Of a DNA stretch of 57,920 nucleotides, positions 1 through 12,320 are shown piece after piece. Under the pieces are notes generated by a model, which saw only the letters and a program-made list of their open reading frames with translations, was not told the origin of the DNA and made no database searches. Numbering within the stretch: position 1 is the stretch's first letter; each line of letters opens with the position of its first letter. The position numbers were made by a program, and so were the translations under genes. This DNA is from Chloroflexota bacterium (GTDB lineage Bacteria; Chloroflexota; Dehalococcoidia; UBA2979), in the NCBI GenBank assembly GCA_009837285.1, contig VXTU01000114.1, forward strand, positions 1 to 57,920, read 5' to 3'.

Positions 1-177
1 GGCTACCGCGGCGGCGGTGGTGGCGGCTACGGCGGTGGTGGCGGCGGTGGCCGCGACTACGGCGGCGGCGGTGGCGGTGGCCGAGGCGGCTACGGCGGCG
101 GCGGCGGTCGCGACTACGGTGGCGGCGGCGGCGGTGGCCGAGGCGGCTACGGCGGCGGAGGCCGCGACCGCTACTAG
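1..177 (+). CDS. 3' end of a gene encoding a Gly/Arg/Tyr-rich tail, as found at the C-terminus of small RRM-type RNA-binding proteins; the 5' part lies outside the window
   Basis: Frame 1 reads GYRGGGGGGYGGGGGGGRDY / GGGGGGGRGGYGGGGGRDY / GGGGGGGRGGYGGGGRDRY, then TAG at 175-177. It is absent from the ORF track because there is no start in the window. A hairpin follows at 221-248. Confidence 0.45.
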   Translation, partial: GYRGGGGGGYGGGGGGGRDYGGGGGGGRGGYGGGGGRDYGGGGGGGRGGYGGGGRDRY

Positions 178-220
178 GCCTCCCTGTAAGGCCATTCCGG
201 ACCGGTCAGACTCGGGTCTC

Positions 221-248
221 GCGGTGTCGCGCCGACGCGCGACACCGC
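221..248 (+). terminator. Perfect 12-bp GC-rich hairpin downstream of the Gly-rich gene
   Basis: gcggtgtcgcgc-cgac-gcgcgacaccgc. There is no clear U-tract, which is common in high-GC genomes. Confidence 0.4.
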
Positions 249-464
249 CTCGACGCCTGCGCGGTGCATGAGACAGCCTGGACCTTATGGCTGGGCGAGC
301 CTGTGGTCGCATGCATCCGGCCGCCGTTCCCCGGCCTGGTTACCGTCACGAAGAACGGTGGGTGCCTCGTCGGCGGCTGGTCGGTGTGTGCGACGCGGAC
401 ACAAGACCGGCCGCCCCGATGCGTTGACAGGGGCCCTGTGCGGCGGGAATCTGGAAGCCGGAAT

Positions 465-540
465 GCGCCGGTAGCTCAGGGGACAGAGCATCAGACTTCG
501 GATCTGACGGTCGAGGGTTCGAATCCTTCCCGGCGCGCCA
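465..540 (+). tRNA. tRNA-Arg (anticodon TCG), CCA encoded
   Basis: Manual fold: acceptor GCGCCGG/CCGGCGC, D-arm GCTC-AGGGGACA-GAGC, anticodon arm TCAGA-CTTCGGA-TCTGA, T-arm GAGGG-TTCGAAT-CCTTC, discriminator G plus CCA; 76 nt. Confidence 0.9.
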
Positions 541-748
541 TCCACCCCTCACCCCTCGAAATCACCGGCGTGACGGCGCGACGGCATCGTGACGCCGCTC
601 GATGCCTGGGCGCGGCGTGGGCGGGGTGTTGGCAACTGCGCCGGAACAGAGTAGAAACACACATGCAGGCGGGGCGGTCGCGTCGCTTCCGCTTACGCGA
701 GCAGCGATCGCCGGTGCCAGAATGTGGCGCTGGAGGAATGGAGGAGAC

Positions 749-1183
749 GTGCCGAAGCAATCCCCAGTACCTGACGAGTTGACGCAGCCCTTCTTCGACG
801 CGTGTAACGAAGACCGGCTGGTTGTGCAGCGGTGCAACGAGTGCACCGAGCTTGACGGCCTGCTCATGCTGCAGCACCCCCCCTCAGAGGAGTGCCGCCG
901 CTGTGGCCCGCACGGAACCCTTGAGTGGCACGAGGTCAGCGGCCGCGGCCGGATCCAGTCGTACGTCACCATGTACGACACCCCGGTGGCTTCGCTGCAG
1001 GAAGACCAGCCGTTCAACATCGCCGTTGTCGAGCTGTGGGAAGACAAGAACGCGCTGTTCCTGTCGCACCTCCCCGGCACCCCGGTCCGCGAGGTCCCCA
1101 TGGGCGCCGAGGTTCGCGTCGTGTTCGAGGTGACTCCGGCCAACGGCCAGAAGGTCGCCGAGTGGGAGGTCGTCGGGGACTAA
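749..1183 (+). CDS. Zn-ribbon/OB-fold protein (DUF35 family), partner of a thiolase-like protein
   Basis: CNEC...CRRC zinc ribbon followed by an OB-like C-terminus. GTG at 749 is preceded by GGAGGAG; an alternative ATG lies at 722. The upstream part of the 602 ORF looks non-coding. Confidence 0.75.
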   Translation: MPKQSPVPDELTQPFFDACNEDRLVVQRCNECTELDGLLMLQHPPSEECRRCGPHGTLEWHEVSGRGRIQSYVTMYDTPVASLQEDQPFNIAVVELWEDKNALFLSHLPGTPVREVPMGAEVRVVFEVTPANGQKVAEWEVVGD

Positions 1184-1239
1184 CCCCCTCACCGACAGGT
1201 AGCAATACCAGGGCGTAAACGCCCAGGAAGGGCAAAGTA

Positions 1240-2553
1240 ATGGCTGAAAACGCACCTGCGGACTTCTACCGGACGCAGGAAAACCCGGGCCTCTGGGAGC
1301 ACCGCGGCAAGGTCGCGGCTGTTGGCATTGGCCACTCCCCCACCGCGCGGCGCTGGGACGGCCAGGCCAGCACCAGCATCGGCGCGTGGGCCATGGTCGC
1401 GATCCGCAACGCCATCGAGGACGCCGGCATCAGCCCGAGCGACGTCGACGGCCTGGTCCTGGACCGCTCGACCACAACCGGCGCGTGGTGGCCCGAGGGC
1501 GACCCGCTCCCCGAGGACGTGATCTCGCAGTTCCAGCCCGGCATCGAGCCGTTCGATGGCATCGCCGCGCTCAGCTCCGAGTGGATCCTCAACAACATGC
1601 CCGAGCTGGACAACGTGTCCTTCTCGATGTACGGCCCGGGCTGCATGTCCAACGTCATCTGTGTCGCAGCCGAGGCCATTGGCCGCGGCCTCGCGAACAC
1701 CGTGGTCCTGCTGAAGGCCTGGCACAACTTCCCGGGCCGCTACTACCAGGGCGGCGCGAACGCGCGTCCGCTGGTTGAGGGCCCGGCCGTGTGGCGGAAC
1801 CCCTGGGGCGTCAGCGCCGCCACCGGCGACGGCTGGACCTTCCAGGAGTACATGGCGAAGTACGGCAAGACCCACGACATGATGGCTCCGTTCATCGTCG
1901 AGGAGAAGAAGAACGGCCTCATGTTCCCCGAGGGCTTCTTCGCGCAGCACCGGCCCGACGAAGTGACCGTTGAGGACTACGTCAACGCTCGCTGGATCGT
2001 CGAGCCGATGAACCTCTTCGACCACGACATGCCCATCCACGTCGCGGTTGCCTACGTGTTCACGACTGCCGAGCGCGCTGCCGACATGGCGCAGACGCCG
2101 GTCTACATCCTGAACCACGGCACTACCCGGCCGAAGTTCGGTCTGACCCAGGGCCTCGACAACGCCGAGGCTTCCACGGACTCGACCGGCCGCAAGATGC
2201 TCGACGGCGCCGGCATCACTTCCGACGACCTCTCCTTCGAGAACATGTACGAAGGCTTCACCACCTTCCACAACTACTTCATCGAGGGCCTGGGCTTCGC
2301 GGGGATCCAGCGCGGTGAGGCGCTCGACCTGTACGCCGGTGATATCAGCATCACGTCTGACAAGCCGGTGTCCCCGAGCGGTGGCAACCAGGGTGGTGGC
2401 CGCACGCGCATCTGGATGCACACGGACACGATCCAGCAGATCCAGGGTCGCGCGGGTGACCGCCAGATCCGGGTGCCTGCCGAGATCGGCATCTCCGGTG
2501 GGCCGATGCCGCAGGGTGGCGACTTCACCATCTGGAGCTCGACGCCTGACTAG
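1240..2553 (+). CDS. Thiolase-like (SCP-x / nonspecific lipid-transfer type) protein
   Basis: 437 aa with thiolase-fold-like sequence. It sits in the typical arrangement immediately after a DUF35 gene. Confidence 0.75.
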   Translation: MAENAPADFYRTQENPGLWEHRGKVAAVGIGHSPTARRWDGQASTSIGAWAMVAIRNAIEDAGISPSDVDGLVLDRSTTTGAWWPEGDPLPEDVISQFQPGIEPFDGIAALSSEWILNNMPELDNVSFSMYGPGCMSNVICVAAEAIGRGLANTVVLLKAWHNFPGRYYQGGANARPLVEGPAVWRNPWGVSAATGDGWTFQEYMAKYGKTHDMMAPFIVEEKKNGLMFPEGFFAQHRPDEVTVEDYVNARWIVEPMNLFDHDMPIHVAVAYVFTTAERAADMAQTPVYILNHGTTRPKFGLTQGLDNAEASTDSTGRKMLDGAGITSDDLSFENMYEGFTTFHNYFIEGLGFAGIQRGEALDLYAGDISITSDKPVSPSGGNQGGGRTRIWMHTDTIQQIQGRAGDRQIRVPAEIGISGGPMPQGGDFTIWSSTPD

Positions 2554-2597
2554 GCATTCGCCTGCGCGGAGTGCGCTCTGATTCAAGGGCACACACG

Positions 2598-2623
2598 GAA
2601 GCCCCCTCGCGAGAGGGGGCTTC
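2598..2623 (+). terminator. Intrinsic terminator-like hairpin after the thiolase-like gene
   Basis: gaagccccctc-gcga-gagggggcttc, a perfect 11-bp stem, followed by tgcttg. Confidence 0.6.
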
Positions 2624-2640
2624 TGCTTGCCTGCTCCGGG

Positions 2641-2751
2641 TCCCTCTCCCGCGCGGCGGGGTATCCCCGCGACGTGGCAAGCCTCGGGCACAGCCCGAGG
2701 CTCGCCGACCCGGCCCTACTGCGGGAGAGGGCGGGGGGTGAGGGTCCGGCG
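2641..2751. repeat. Copy of the GC-rich palindromic intergenic repeat family (CCCTCTCCCGC ... GCGGGAGAGGG-n-GGGGTGAGGGTCCGGCG)
   Basis: Left arm tccctctcccgc (2641-2652), right arm gcgggagagggcggggggtgagggtccggcg (2721-2751), with a nested hairpin gcctcggg/cccgaggc between them. Related copies are at 19.4, 33.7 and 37.7 kb. Confidence 0.7.
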
Positions 2752-2790
2752 ATACTCCTCGAAGGCTGCCAAAAGGGGATCGGAGTCCGC

Positions 2791-3552
2791 TCAGCCCGAC
2801 CGCACGGCCACGTGCAGCGCCACCGTCCCAAGGCCGAACGTCCGCACACGCTCGCCCTCGAACCCCGACGCTTCGAGTCGCCCCGACAGCTCGTCGACGG
2901 ACATGAAGTGCTCCGCCGAGACCGGCAGGTAGGAGTAGGCGTCGCTGTGCCCGCCGAACATGCGCCCCAGTAGCGGCACGACGCGCGCCAGGTGGAAGCG
3001 CTTGAACGGCGCCAGCAGGCCACCCTCGATGCGCGGGATGTCCAGCACCGCCAGCCGCCCGCCCGGCCGCAACACGCGGTGCGCCTCCGCCAGCAACCCG
3101 CCGACATCCGGCACGTTGCGCATCACGAACGCCGCGCACCATGCGTCGGCCGCTCCGTCTGCGAGCGGGAGCCGCAGCCCGTCGCCGTGCACGAACGCGA
3201 CGCTCGCAGCGCCTCGCTCCGCCGCCTTGCGGCGCGCGATCGGGAGCATGGGCGCCGCGAAGTCCACGCCGAGCACGGCGCCCGCGCCGGCCCGCGCGCA
3301 CGCCAGCGAGAGGTCGCCCGTCCCGCACCCCACGTCGACCACGCGGTCGCCGGGGCGCACGAGGGCGCGCGCGGTGGCAGTGCGCCAGGCGTGGTGGCGG
3401 CCACCCGTCATGATGGTGTTCATGAGGTCGTAGCGCCCGGCGATCTCGCCAAAGATGCGCCGCACGTACCCCGCACGGTCCGCCGAGGGGTCGTACAGCC
3501 CTTCGACGCCCGCGGGCGCGTCTCGTCGCTCAGGTGGAGGTGTGCCGCTCAC
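2791..3552 (-). CDS. ubiE: Demethylmenaquinone/ubiquinone C-methyltransferase (UbiE/MenG family)
   Basis: RIFGEIAGRYDLMN, SAM motif VVDVGCGTGD, C-terminal YSYL...S motif; 253 aa. Confidence 0.85.
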   Translation of the reverse strand: MSGTPPPERRDAPAGVEGLYDPSADRAGYVRRIFGEIAGRYDLMNTIMTGGRHHAWRTATARALVRPGDRVVDVGCGTGDLSLACARAGAGAVLGVDFAAPMLPIARRKAAERGAASVAFVHGDGLRLPLADGAADAWCAAFVMRNVPDVGGLLAEAHRVLRPGGRLAVLDIPRIEGGLLAPFKRFHLARVVPLLGRMFGGHSDAYSYLPVSAEHFMSVDELSGRLEASGFEGERVRTFGLGTVALHVAVRSG

Positions 3553-3608
3553 GCGTCGAGCCTAACGGGTCGGCGGCGCTATCGGCAGTACGCTTCAAGG
3601 GGATTCAC

Positions 3609-4684
3609 GTGCGTAGTACGCATGTGCTGACGTATACTGCGCTGCGCCAGACGGCACTCCCCGCCGGAAGCACCATCGCAGCGATGCCGCTTCGCCTCGT
3701 CCCCTGGTCCCCCGAGTACGGCAGCGGCATCGAGGCCGAGACCGACGCTGCCGCAGACGACGGCGCGTCGCTGGTCGAGGCCGACTTCGAGGGCTCGTGG
3801 CGTGCGATCCGCCCGGCCGCCGCAGCGCACCCAGCTGTCCAGATCGTCGACGGCGTCCGACGCGTCGAGGCCCACGCGATAGACGACGGCAGCGACGGGA
3901 CCATGGCCTTCGGCCTCTTCGGGTCGTACGCGGTGGGCGTCGTGCGCTGCGAAGGGCAGCGCGCGCACATCCCCGACAGCGAGCGCGTGCTGCGCGTACG
4001 CCGCCGCTACCTGCAGACGGGCGGCGAGGCCGACGACCGCACCGTCGCTGTCGGCGACGCCGAACTGCACTTCCGCGCCGAGCTCCCCGCTGGAGCTCAG
4101 GCGCCCGCCGACCTCATCGCCGCGCTCAACCGGCTGATGTTGGACGAAGAAGCGCGGCTCGCCGAGGAACTGTCGGAGGACGACTCGACGCTCACGATCG
4201 TGGACGGCCCGCTCCGGTTGCGCGCGGCGGGTCCCCGCGTGGTCGGCTACGTGAAGCGCACGCACCGCTGGTACATCGGACCGGACCGGTTCGGCCTGCT
4301 CGGCACGCTCGCGGTGGGGGAGCGCACGCCGCTGTTCCGCATCGCCGAGAACGACGGGCAGCGCGACCGGCTCGCGTGGTACCTGCGCCTCGCCGACATG
4401 GGCACGCAGTATCACCAGCTGTCGGGCATCGTGCGCCTGGAGACGCTGGGTACGCTGCCACCGAGGGATGCGGGCGCGCTCGCCGACCAGACGGCGCTGG
4501 TGCTGCCGCGACTGGCGTCCTCGCCGATCCGCGACCCTCGCGCTCCGCAGAACCTCACCCCCGTCGGCGCGCTCGAGCAGTTGCTGACACGTCGGCTCGG
4601 CGACCGGCTGTGGATCCGACGCCGCATCGCGGCGGCGCTCGAACCCGCGTCCACCACGTTCGCGATCGCCGCGGAGGCCTCGTG

Positions 4685-4685
<1 letters not shown>
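3609..4685 (+). CDS. nurA: NurA-like 5'-3' nuclease
   Basis: NurA-type motifs IVDGVRRVE and TLTIVDGPLRL, plus VGYVKRTH. GTG at 3609 is preceded by AGGGGA; an alternative ATG lies at 3684. The stop overlaps the herA start (TGATG). Confidence 0.6.
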
Positions 4686-6426
<1,741 letters not shown>

Positions 6427-6430
<4 letters not shown>

Positions 6431-7626
6431 GGCTGCTCCACACCGCCGACTGGCACGTCGGCCGCACCATCCGCGGCCGCAGCCGCGTACCGGAGTTCGA
6501 GCGTGTGCTCGCCGAGGTGATCGACATCGCCCGTCAGGAGCAGGTCGAGGCGATGCTCGTCTGCGGGGACATCTGGGACCACCACGCACCGTCGGCGGAG
6601 TCGGACCGGCTCGTGTTCGAGGCGCTGCGCGAGTGCATCGGCCACGGCATCCAGGTGGTGCTGCTGGCCGGCAACCACGACAACCCGCGCAAGCTCAAGG
6701 CGCTCGGCCTGCTCTCGGAGCTGCTCGGCGTGCAGACGCAGTGGGAGGTGCGACGGCCGAACGCCGGTGGCGTGCTCGCCATCGAGGGCCGCGACCACGT
6801 AGCACGCATCGCCGCCGTGCCGTTCATCACCGAGGGCCGCTACGTGGACGCGGCGGCAATCATGGGCCTGCAGGAGGACTGGGTCAGCGCCTACGCCGAC
6901 GGCGTCGCCGAGATCCTGCGTGCCGCATCCGCCACCTTCGACGCGACCACGGTCAACATCCTCGCCACGCACATCTTTGTCGACAACGCGCGCATCGCCC
7001 GCGTCGACGGCTCCGAGCGCAAGCTCCACATCGGCCAGACCTACGGCGTGACCGCAGCCAGCCTGCCCTCGACGCCCCAGTACATCGCGCTCGGCCACGT
7101 GCACGAGCCGCAGGACATCCTCGACGCGCCGGTGCCGACGGCGTACAGCGGCTCGCTGCTCCAGCTCGACTTCGGCGAACGTGGCCAGCAGAAGGTCGTG
7201 CGCATCATCGACGCCGAGCCGGGCAAACCGGTGATCCCGACCAGCATTGAACTCACGAAGGGCCGCCCGCTGGCCGAGCTGCGCGGCACGCTCGACGAGG
7301 TGCTCGCCCAGGCCGACGACGCGGGAGACGCGCACTTGCGCGTCCGCCTCGATGTCGAGCGCCCCGAGCCGGGCATCGCGGAGCGCGTGCGCGAGGCGCT
7401 GCCCAACGCGGTCGACGTGCAGCTCGAGTACGAAGCGCCCGAGGACGAGGAGAGCGTCGAGGCCATCGGGCACCTCAGCGCCGCCGAGCTGTTCACGCGC
7501 TACTACCAGTCCACGCACGGCGCCGACCCCGCGCCGGCGCTCATCGGGCTGTTCGAGGAGCTGCTCGCCGAGGGCGACGAGGCGCGCGCGGCGGAGGTCG
7601 CCGGCGAGACGGCGGCGGTCCCGTGA
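6427..7626 (+). CDS. sbcD: Exonuclease SbcD / Mre11-family phosphoesterase
   Basis: Motifs LLHTADWHVG, CGDIWDH, LAGNHD, ATH and GHVH. GTG 6427 overlaps the herA stop (GTGA). Confidence 0.9.
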
Positions 7627-10600
7627 GGCCGCTTCGCCTCGAGGTGCGCGGCTTCACCTCGTTCCGGGAGCCTGCCACGCTCGACTTCGAGCATCGGCGG
7701 CTCTTCGCCATCACCGGGCCGACAGGCGCCGGCAAGTCATCGCTCCTCGACGCGATGACGTGGGCGCTGTACGGGCAGGTGCCGCGCGTCGGCCGCGAGA
7801 CCCGCCAGCTCATCACGCACGGCGCGAAGGCGATGGCCGTCCAGTTCGAGTTCAGCGTGCGTGGCGACCGCTACCGCGTCAGCCGCCAGGCGCCCGGCAA
7901 CCTCGGCGCGCGGTTGGAGCAGCAGCGCGCCGACGGCGCGTGGGAGCCGCTCGAGGACCGCGCGCGCGAGGTCACTCGCCGTATCGAGGACCTCCTCGGG
8001 CTCGATTTCGCCACGTTCACCAAGACCGTGCTGCTCCCGCAGGGAGCCTTCGACACGTTCCTGCGCGGCGACGAGCCGCAGCGCCGCGACATCCTCACGC
8101 GCCTGCTCGGCCTCGAGCGTTACGTTCAGGCAGGGCAGGCGGCGAACAGATCGGCGTCTAATTCCCGCCGCGCCGCTGAGGTGCTGCGTGAGGAGATCGA
8201 GCGCCTCGATGCTGCAACGCCCGAAGCGATTGCCGGGTTGGAGCGCGGGCACGCCGCCCTGGCGGCCCACTTCGAGGTGCTGGACGCTCGCACGGGCCTG
8301 CTCGTCGCACTCGCTGACCATGCCCGCGCGACTATCGAGGCCGAGTCAGCAGCGGGTCGCGCCGCAACCGCGAGCGCCGAGGCGACCCGGGACGCGGAGT
8401 CCGCCCGTGACGCCCTCGCCCGCGACGAGCAGGGCCGCGCAGCGTCGCGCGACGAGCGCGACCGCCTCGACGCGGATCGGGCCGCCGTCGGCTACGACGA
8501 GGCCGAACACCGCCGCCTCGAACGCGAGACGCAGATGCTCGACCAGCGCGAGGCCGCGCGGCGCGCGGTCGACGCAGCAGAGGCGGAGCAGTGCCGCGCG
8601 GTCGAGGCCGCTGAGCAGGCTGCCGAGGAGGCAGCCCGGCTGGGCGGCGAGACCGACAGCGCGGAGAGAGCGCGCGCGCAGGCCGAGGTCGCGAGCCGAA
8701 CCGCCCTCGACACCCTCGCCGCAGCCGCAGCCGCGGCACTCGCCACCGAGCGCGAGTTGGGCGAGGCGGCGAATGCCGCCGACGACCGGCGCGTGTCGGC
8801 AGAGCTTGCCGCCGCCGAACGCGACGAGGAGGCACGTCGCCTCACAGCACTCGACGAGCGGCTGAGCGCACGGCAGGAGGTCCTCGCGGCCGCCGGGCGC
8901 GAGCACGACCAGGCGACCGCGGCGCAGACGGCGGCTCAGGGTGCCTCGGACGCCGCAAGCGAGCGGCTGGGCGAGGCGGAGGAACGACGCGCCGAGCGCG
9001 CCGCAGCGCTCGACCTGGCGCAGCGGCAGGACGCCGCGATGACGCTGCGCCAGGGACTGCAGCCGGGTGACCCATGCCCCGTCTGCGGCGAGCCCATCAG
9101 TCACATCGACCCGCACATCCCGCCCGAGCTCGACGCAGCCCGTACAGCCCTCGATGCCGCCGAGGCGTCGCTGCGCCATGCACGGAACGAGCAGTCGGCA
9201 GGAGCAACAACCCTCGGCGCAGCCGAGGCGGACGCTACACGTGCGGCGTCCGCAGTCGAACGCGCGAACGCCGACCTCGACGCCATCCGCGCCGAGGCCG
9301 CGCAGTCCGGTGTCGACGCCGACGCGCTCGCTAAGGCGGCCGAGAAGGCGTCGGTCGCCGCCGAGGCCGAGCGCGCTCGGGCCGCCGCGGCGGTGGCGGA
9401 GCGCGACCGTGCAGGGGGCGCCGCGCGCAGACTCGGCATGCTCCGCGCATCGATCGGCGACGCCCTCGCCGGCCTCGACGCGGCTGAGGCGGAGCCCGGC
9501 GAGCCCGAGGGCGTGCACGCCGACCTCGACGGAGCGATCGAGGAGCACCGGGCAGCGAGCGCCGAGGCTGCTGCAGCGTCGGAACGCGCTCGCACTGCCG
9601 CCGAGCGCTCGCGTGAGGCCCATGCGAACGTCCAGCGCGCCGGCGAGCGGCGCAGGCGCGCGGACGCCGAGTTGGACCGCGCGCGCGAGCACCTCTCCTC
9701 GCTCGGCGACGCGGATGTCGACGCCGATGCGGTGCGAGCCGCCCTCACCGCAACGCAACAGCAGGCCGAGCGCCACCGCAAGATCGAGGCCGCCCTCGCC
9801 ACCGCCGCGCAGGAGCTGGCCGCGGCCGACGCGCGTGTCGAGGCCGCCGGCGCGGCGCTCGCACGCGCGGATGCCACCTCGACGCGCCGGGCTGACGAGG
9901 CGACCGGGGCGCTCGCCCTGGCCGAAGACGCGCGCCGGGGTCTCGCCGAGGCCTGGGCTGCTGCCGCCGTCGAGGGTGCGCCCGACGCCACGAGAGCCCC
10001 TCGGCTCCTCGACGAGCACCGCGTGGCGGTCGCCGCGTGCGAGCGCGAACGTGACCTCGCCGCGCAGCGACTGGAGACCGCGCGCGCCGACGCCGAGCGC
10101 GCCGAGCAGATGCGCGCCGACGCCGCGACGTACGACGGCAACGCGGAGCTCGCCGACGACCTCGCCCACGAGCTGCGGCGCGACCGCTTCATCGCCTACG
10201 TGCAGCGCGAGGCCATGTACCTCCTCGCCGCCGACGCGGGCGAGCGGCTGCTCGCGCTGTCGAGTGGGCGCTACCGCCTGGTCGTGCGCGACGAGGCGTT
10301 CTGGGTCGTCGACGGCTTCAACGGCGACGAGCGGCGGTCGGTGAAGACGCTCTCCGGCGGCGAGACGTTCCTCGCCAGCCTCGCGCTCGCCCTCGCGCTG
10401 TCCGAGCGGCTGCCCGAGATCGCCGGGCGCGGCGGGGCGATGTCGCTCGAGTCGCTGTTCCTCGACGAGGGCTTCGGTGCGCTCGACCAGGACTCGCTCG
10501 ACACGGCCATCGGCGGCCTCGAGACGCTCGCGGGCGGCCAGCGCCTCGTGGGCGTGATCTCGCACATCCCCGAGGTCGCCGAGCGCCTCCCTGACCGCGT

Positions 10601-10694
10601 CGAGGTGGTCAAGAACGGAGCGACCAGCCGCCTCGTCACACCGGGCGCCGTCCCCGAGGCCGGGGTCGAGCCCTCGCTGACCGTCACGCCGTAA
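7623..10694 (+). CDS. sbcC: Exonuclease SbcC / Rad50-family SMC-like ATPase
   Basis: Walker [10 protein letters not shown], long Ala/Glu/Arg coiled coil, zinc hook CPVCGEP, signature LSGGETF, Walker [10 protein letters not shown]-loop ISHI. The start overlaps the sbcD stop (GTGA). Confidence 0.9.
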   Translation: MRPLRLEVRGFTSFREPATLDFEHRRLFAITGPTGAGKSSLLDAMTWALYGQVPRVGRETRQLITHGAKAMAVQFEFSVRGDRYRVSRQAPGNLGARLEQQRADGAWEPLEDRAREVTRRIEDLLGLDFATFTKTVLLPQGAFDTFLRGDEPQRRDILTRLLGLERYVQAGQAANRSASNSRRAAEVLREEIERLDAATPEAIAGLERGHAALAAHFEVLDARTGLLVALADHARATIEAESAAGRAATASAEATRDAESARDALARDEQGRAASRDERDRLDADRAAVGYDEAEHRRLERETQMLDQREAARRAVDAAEAEQCRAVEAAEQAAEEAARLGGETDSAERARAQAEVASRTALDTLAAAAAAALATERELGEAANAADDRRVSAELAAAERDEEARRLTALDERLSARQEVLAAAGREHDQATAAQTAAQGASDAASERLGEAEERRAERAAALDLAQRQDAAMTLRQGLQPGDPCPVCGEPISHIDPHIPPELDAARTALDAAEASLRHARNEQSAGATTLGAAEADATRAASAVERANADLDAIRAEAAQSGVDADALAKAAEKASVAAEAERARAAAAVAERDRAGGAARRLGMLRASIGDALAGLDAAEAEPGEPEGVHADLDGAIEEHRAASAEAAAASERARTAAERSREAHANVQRAGERRRRADAELDRAREHLSSLGDADVDADAVRAALTATQQQAERHRKIEAALATAAQELAAADARVEAAGAALARADATSTRRADEATGALALAEDARRGLAEAWAAAAVEGAPDATRAPRLLDEHRVAVAACERERDLAAQRLETARADAERAEQMRADAATYDGNAELADDLAHELRRDRFIAYVQREAMYLLAADAGERLLALSSGRYRLVVRDEAFWVVDGFNGDERRSVKTLSGGETFLASLALALALSERLPEIAGRGGAMSLESLFLDEGFGALDQDSLDTAIGGLETLAGGQRLVGVISHIPEVAERLPDRVEVVKNGATSRLVTPGAVPEAGVEPSLTVTP

Positions 10695-10759
10695 CATGGA
10701 TGTGGGCGGCCGGACCGCCCGATCCGACGGACGGCCCACCCCGCCTCCACGAGGTGCGC

Positions 10760-12226
10760 ATGGCGAACATCCTGGTCCTCGGCGCGAGCGGGTACGTGGG
10801 GACGCACCTTGTCCCCGCGCTGGTCGACCGCGGGCACCGCGTGCGCGCCTCCTCGCGGCGGCGCGACACCCTCGAGGCGCGTGGGTGGGATGACGTCGAG
10901 GTAGTCGCCGCCGACGCGCTCGACGCCGCGTCGCTCGACCGCGCGCTCGAAGGCATCGAGATCGCGTACTACCTTGTCCACTCGATGGCCGCGGGGGCGC
11001 GTTTCGCCGAGATCGACCGCGCCGCCGCGACCACGTTCCGCGAGGCCGCCGAGCGGGCCGGGGTGCGCCGCATCGTGTACCTCGGCGGCCTGCAGCCGGA
11101 CGGCGAGGCCTCAGCGCACCTGCGCTCCCGCCGGGAGACCGGCGACCTGCTGCGCGCGGGGTCGGTGCCGGTCACCGAGCTGCGCGCCGGGATCATCGTC
11201 GGCCCCGGCTCTGCGGCGTTCGAGGTGATCCGCGACCTCGTCTACCACCTGCCGCTCATGGTCACGCCACGCTGGGTGCGCTCACGCAGCCAGCCGATCG
11301 CCCTCGACGACCTCATCACCTACCTCGTGCGCCTGCCGGACCTCGATGAGACCGAGGGCCACACCTACGACGCGGTCGGGGTCGACACGCTGACGTACCA
11401 GGAGCTGATGCAGCAGTTCGCCCGCGTGGCGCGCCGACCGCTCTTTATCATCCCCGTCCCCGTGCTCAGCCCGCGGCTCTCCTCGTACTGGCTGGACCTG
11501 ATCACCGCGGCCCCCGCCAGCGTGGCCCGCCCGCTCATCGATGGCCTCGCGCACGACCTGGTCTCGACGAACCCGTGGCCGCTGCGCGAGGCGATCCCGC
11601 TGCGCCTGCGCAGCTACGAGCAGGCCGTGCGCGCGGCCCTCGCGGAGGAAGAGGCCGCCGGTCCGCCCGCTCGCTGGACCGAGGGCGCGTTCCGGCTCCG
11701 CCAGCAGCGCCACGACATCTCCTTCTACGACAAGCGCTCCCGCGCCGAGGTCCACGTGAACGCCCCGCCCGAGGCGGTGTGGGCGGAGGTCTCCGCCATC
11801 GGCGGCGACCGCGGCTGGTACTACGCCAACACCCTGTGGTGGCTGCGAGGACTCCTCGACCGTCTCGCCGGCGGCGTCGGGATGCGGCGTGGACGCCGCC
11901 ACCCACGCGATCTGCGCGTCGGCGACGCGCTCGACTGGTGGCGTGTCGAGGCTGTGGAGCCCGGGCGTCGGCTGACGCTGCTGGCCGAGATGAAGCTGCC
12001 GGGCTCGGCAGTGCTGGAGTTCGTCGTGACGCCCGTCGGCGACGGCGCGAGCATCACGACGCAGGCGCACTTCCACCCCGCCGGGATGCCGGGCCTGCTC
12101 TACTGGTACGCGCTGTGGCCGGTCCACAGCCGCATCTTCGACGGCCTCACCCGCGCCATCGCCGCCCGCGCCGAGGCGGCCTCTCGCGCCTCGAACGGCG
12201 ATTTCGGCGCGACTGCCTCCGCCTGA
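10760..12226 (+). CDS. NAD(P)H-binding SDR/NmrA-like domain fused to a DUF2867-like (SRPBCC-like) C-terminal domain
   Basis: [14 protein letters not shown] Rossmann motif; ATG 10760 follows GAGGTG; the C-terminal half resembles DUF2867. Confidence 0.7.
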   Translation: MANILVLGASGYVGTHLVPALVDRGHRVRASSRRRDTLEARGWDDVEVVAADALDAASLDRALEGIEIAYYLVHSMAAGARFAEIDRAAATTFREAAERAGVRRIVYLGGLQPDGEASAHLRSRRETGDLLRAGSVPVTELRAGIIVGPGSAAFEVIRDLVYHLPLMVTPRWVRSRSQPIALDDLITYLVRLPDLDETEGHTYDAVGVDTLTYQELMQQFARVARRPLFIIPVPVLSPRLSSYWLDLITAAPASVARPLIDGLAHDLVSTNPWPLREAIPLRLRSYEQAVRAALAEEEAAGPPARWTEGAFRLRQQRHDISFYDKRSRAEVHVNAPPEAVWAEVSAIGGDRGWYYANTLWWLRGLLDRLAGGVGMRRGRRHPRDLRVGDALDWWRVEAVEPGRRLTLLAEMKLPGSAVLEFVVTPVGDGASITTQAHFHPAGMPGLLYWYALWPVHSRIFDGLTRAIAARAEAASRASNGDFGATASA

Positions 12227-12320
12227 TCCCAGCCCCGACCCTCCGCCGCCCGGGGACCCGTTCGGCCCGACGCCCATCGCGTGCAATAATCCCTCCCCGT
12301 ACGACTCCGAGGAGTGAGTG

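Noticed and set aside
264-1143. Several overlapping ORFs (264-782, 285-545, 491-877, 562-1143) around the tRNA-Arg gene.
   Set aside because: They overlap the tRNA or the DUF35 gene, have no RBS, and have non-protein-like composition.
1189-2691. 500-aa minus-strand ORF antisense to the thiolase-like gene. Similar very long ORFs occur at 3579-4880(-), 5243-6589(-), 8346-10739(-), 13382-15529(-), 16977-19439(+), 21339-23240(-) and 39999-41996(-).
   Set aside because: They lie antisense to, or out of frame with, ORFs that carry recognisable conserved motifs. Their translations are Arg/Ala/Gly/Pro/His-rich low-complexity sequence. Stop-free antisense frames are expected in DNA of about 70% GC.
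3797-4684. N-terminal 296-aa extension of the HerA ORF in the supplied track (877 aa).
   Set aside because: The extension overlaps the NurA gene in another frame and is R/P/A-rich nonsense. ATG 4685 forms a TGATG junction with the nurA stop and gives a typical HerA length.
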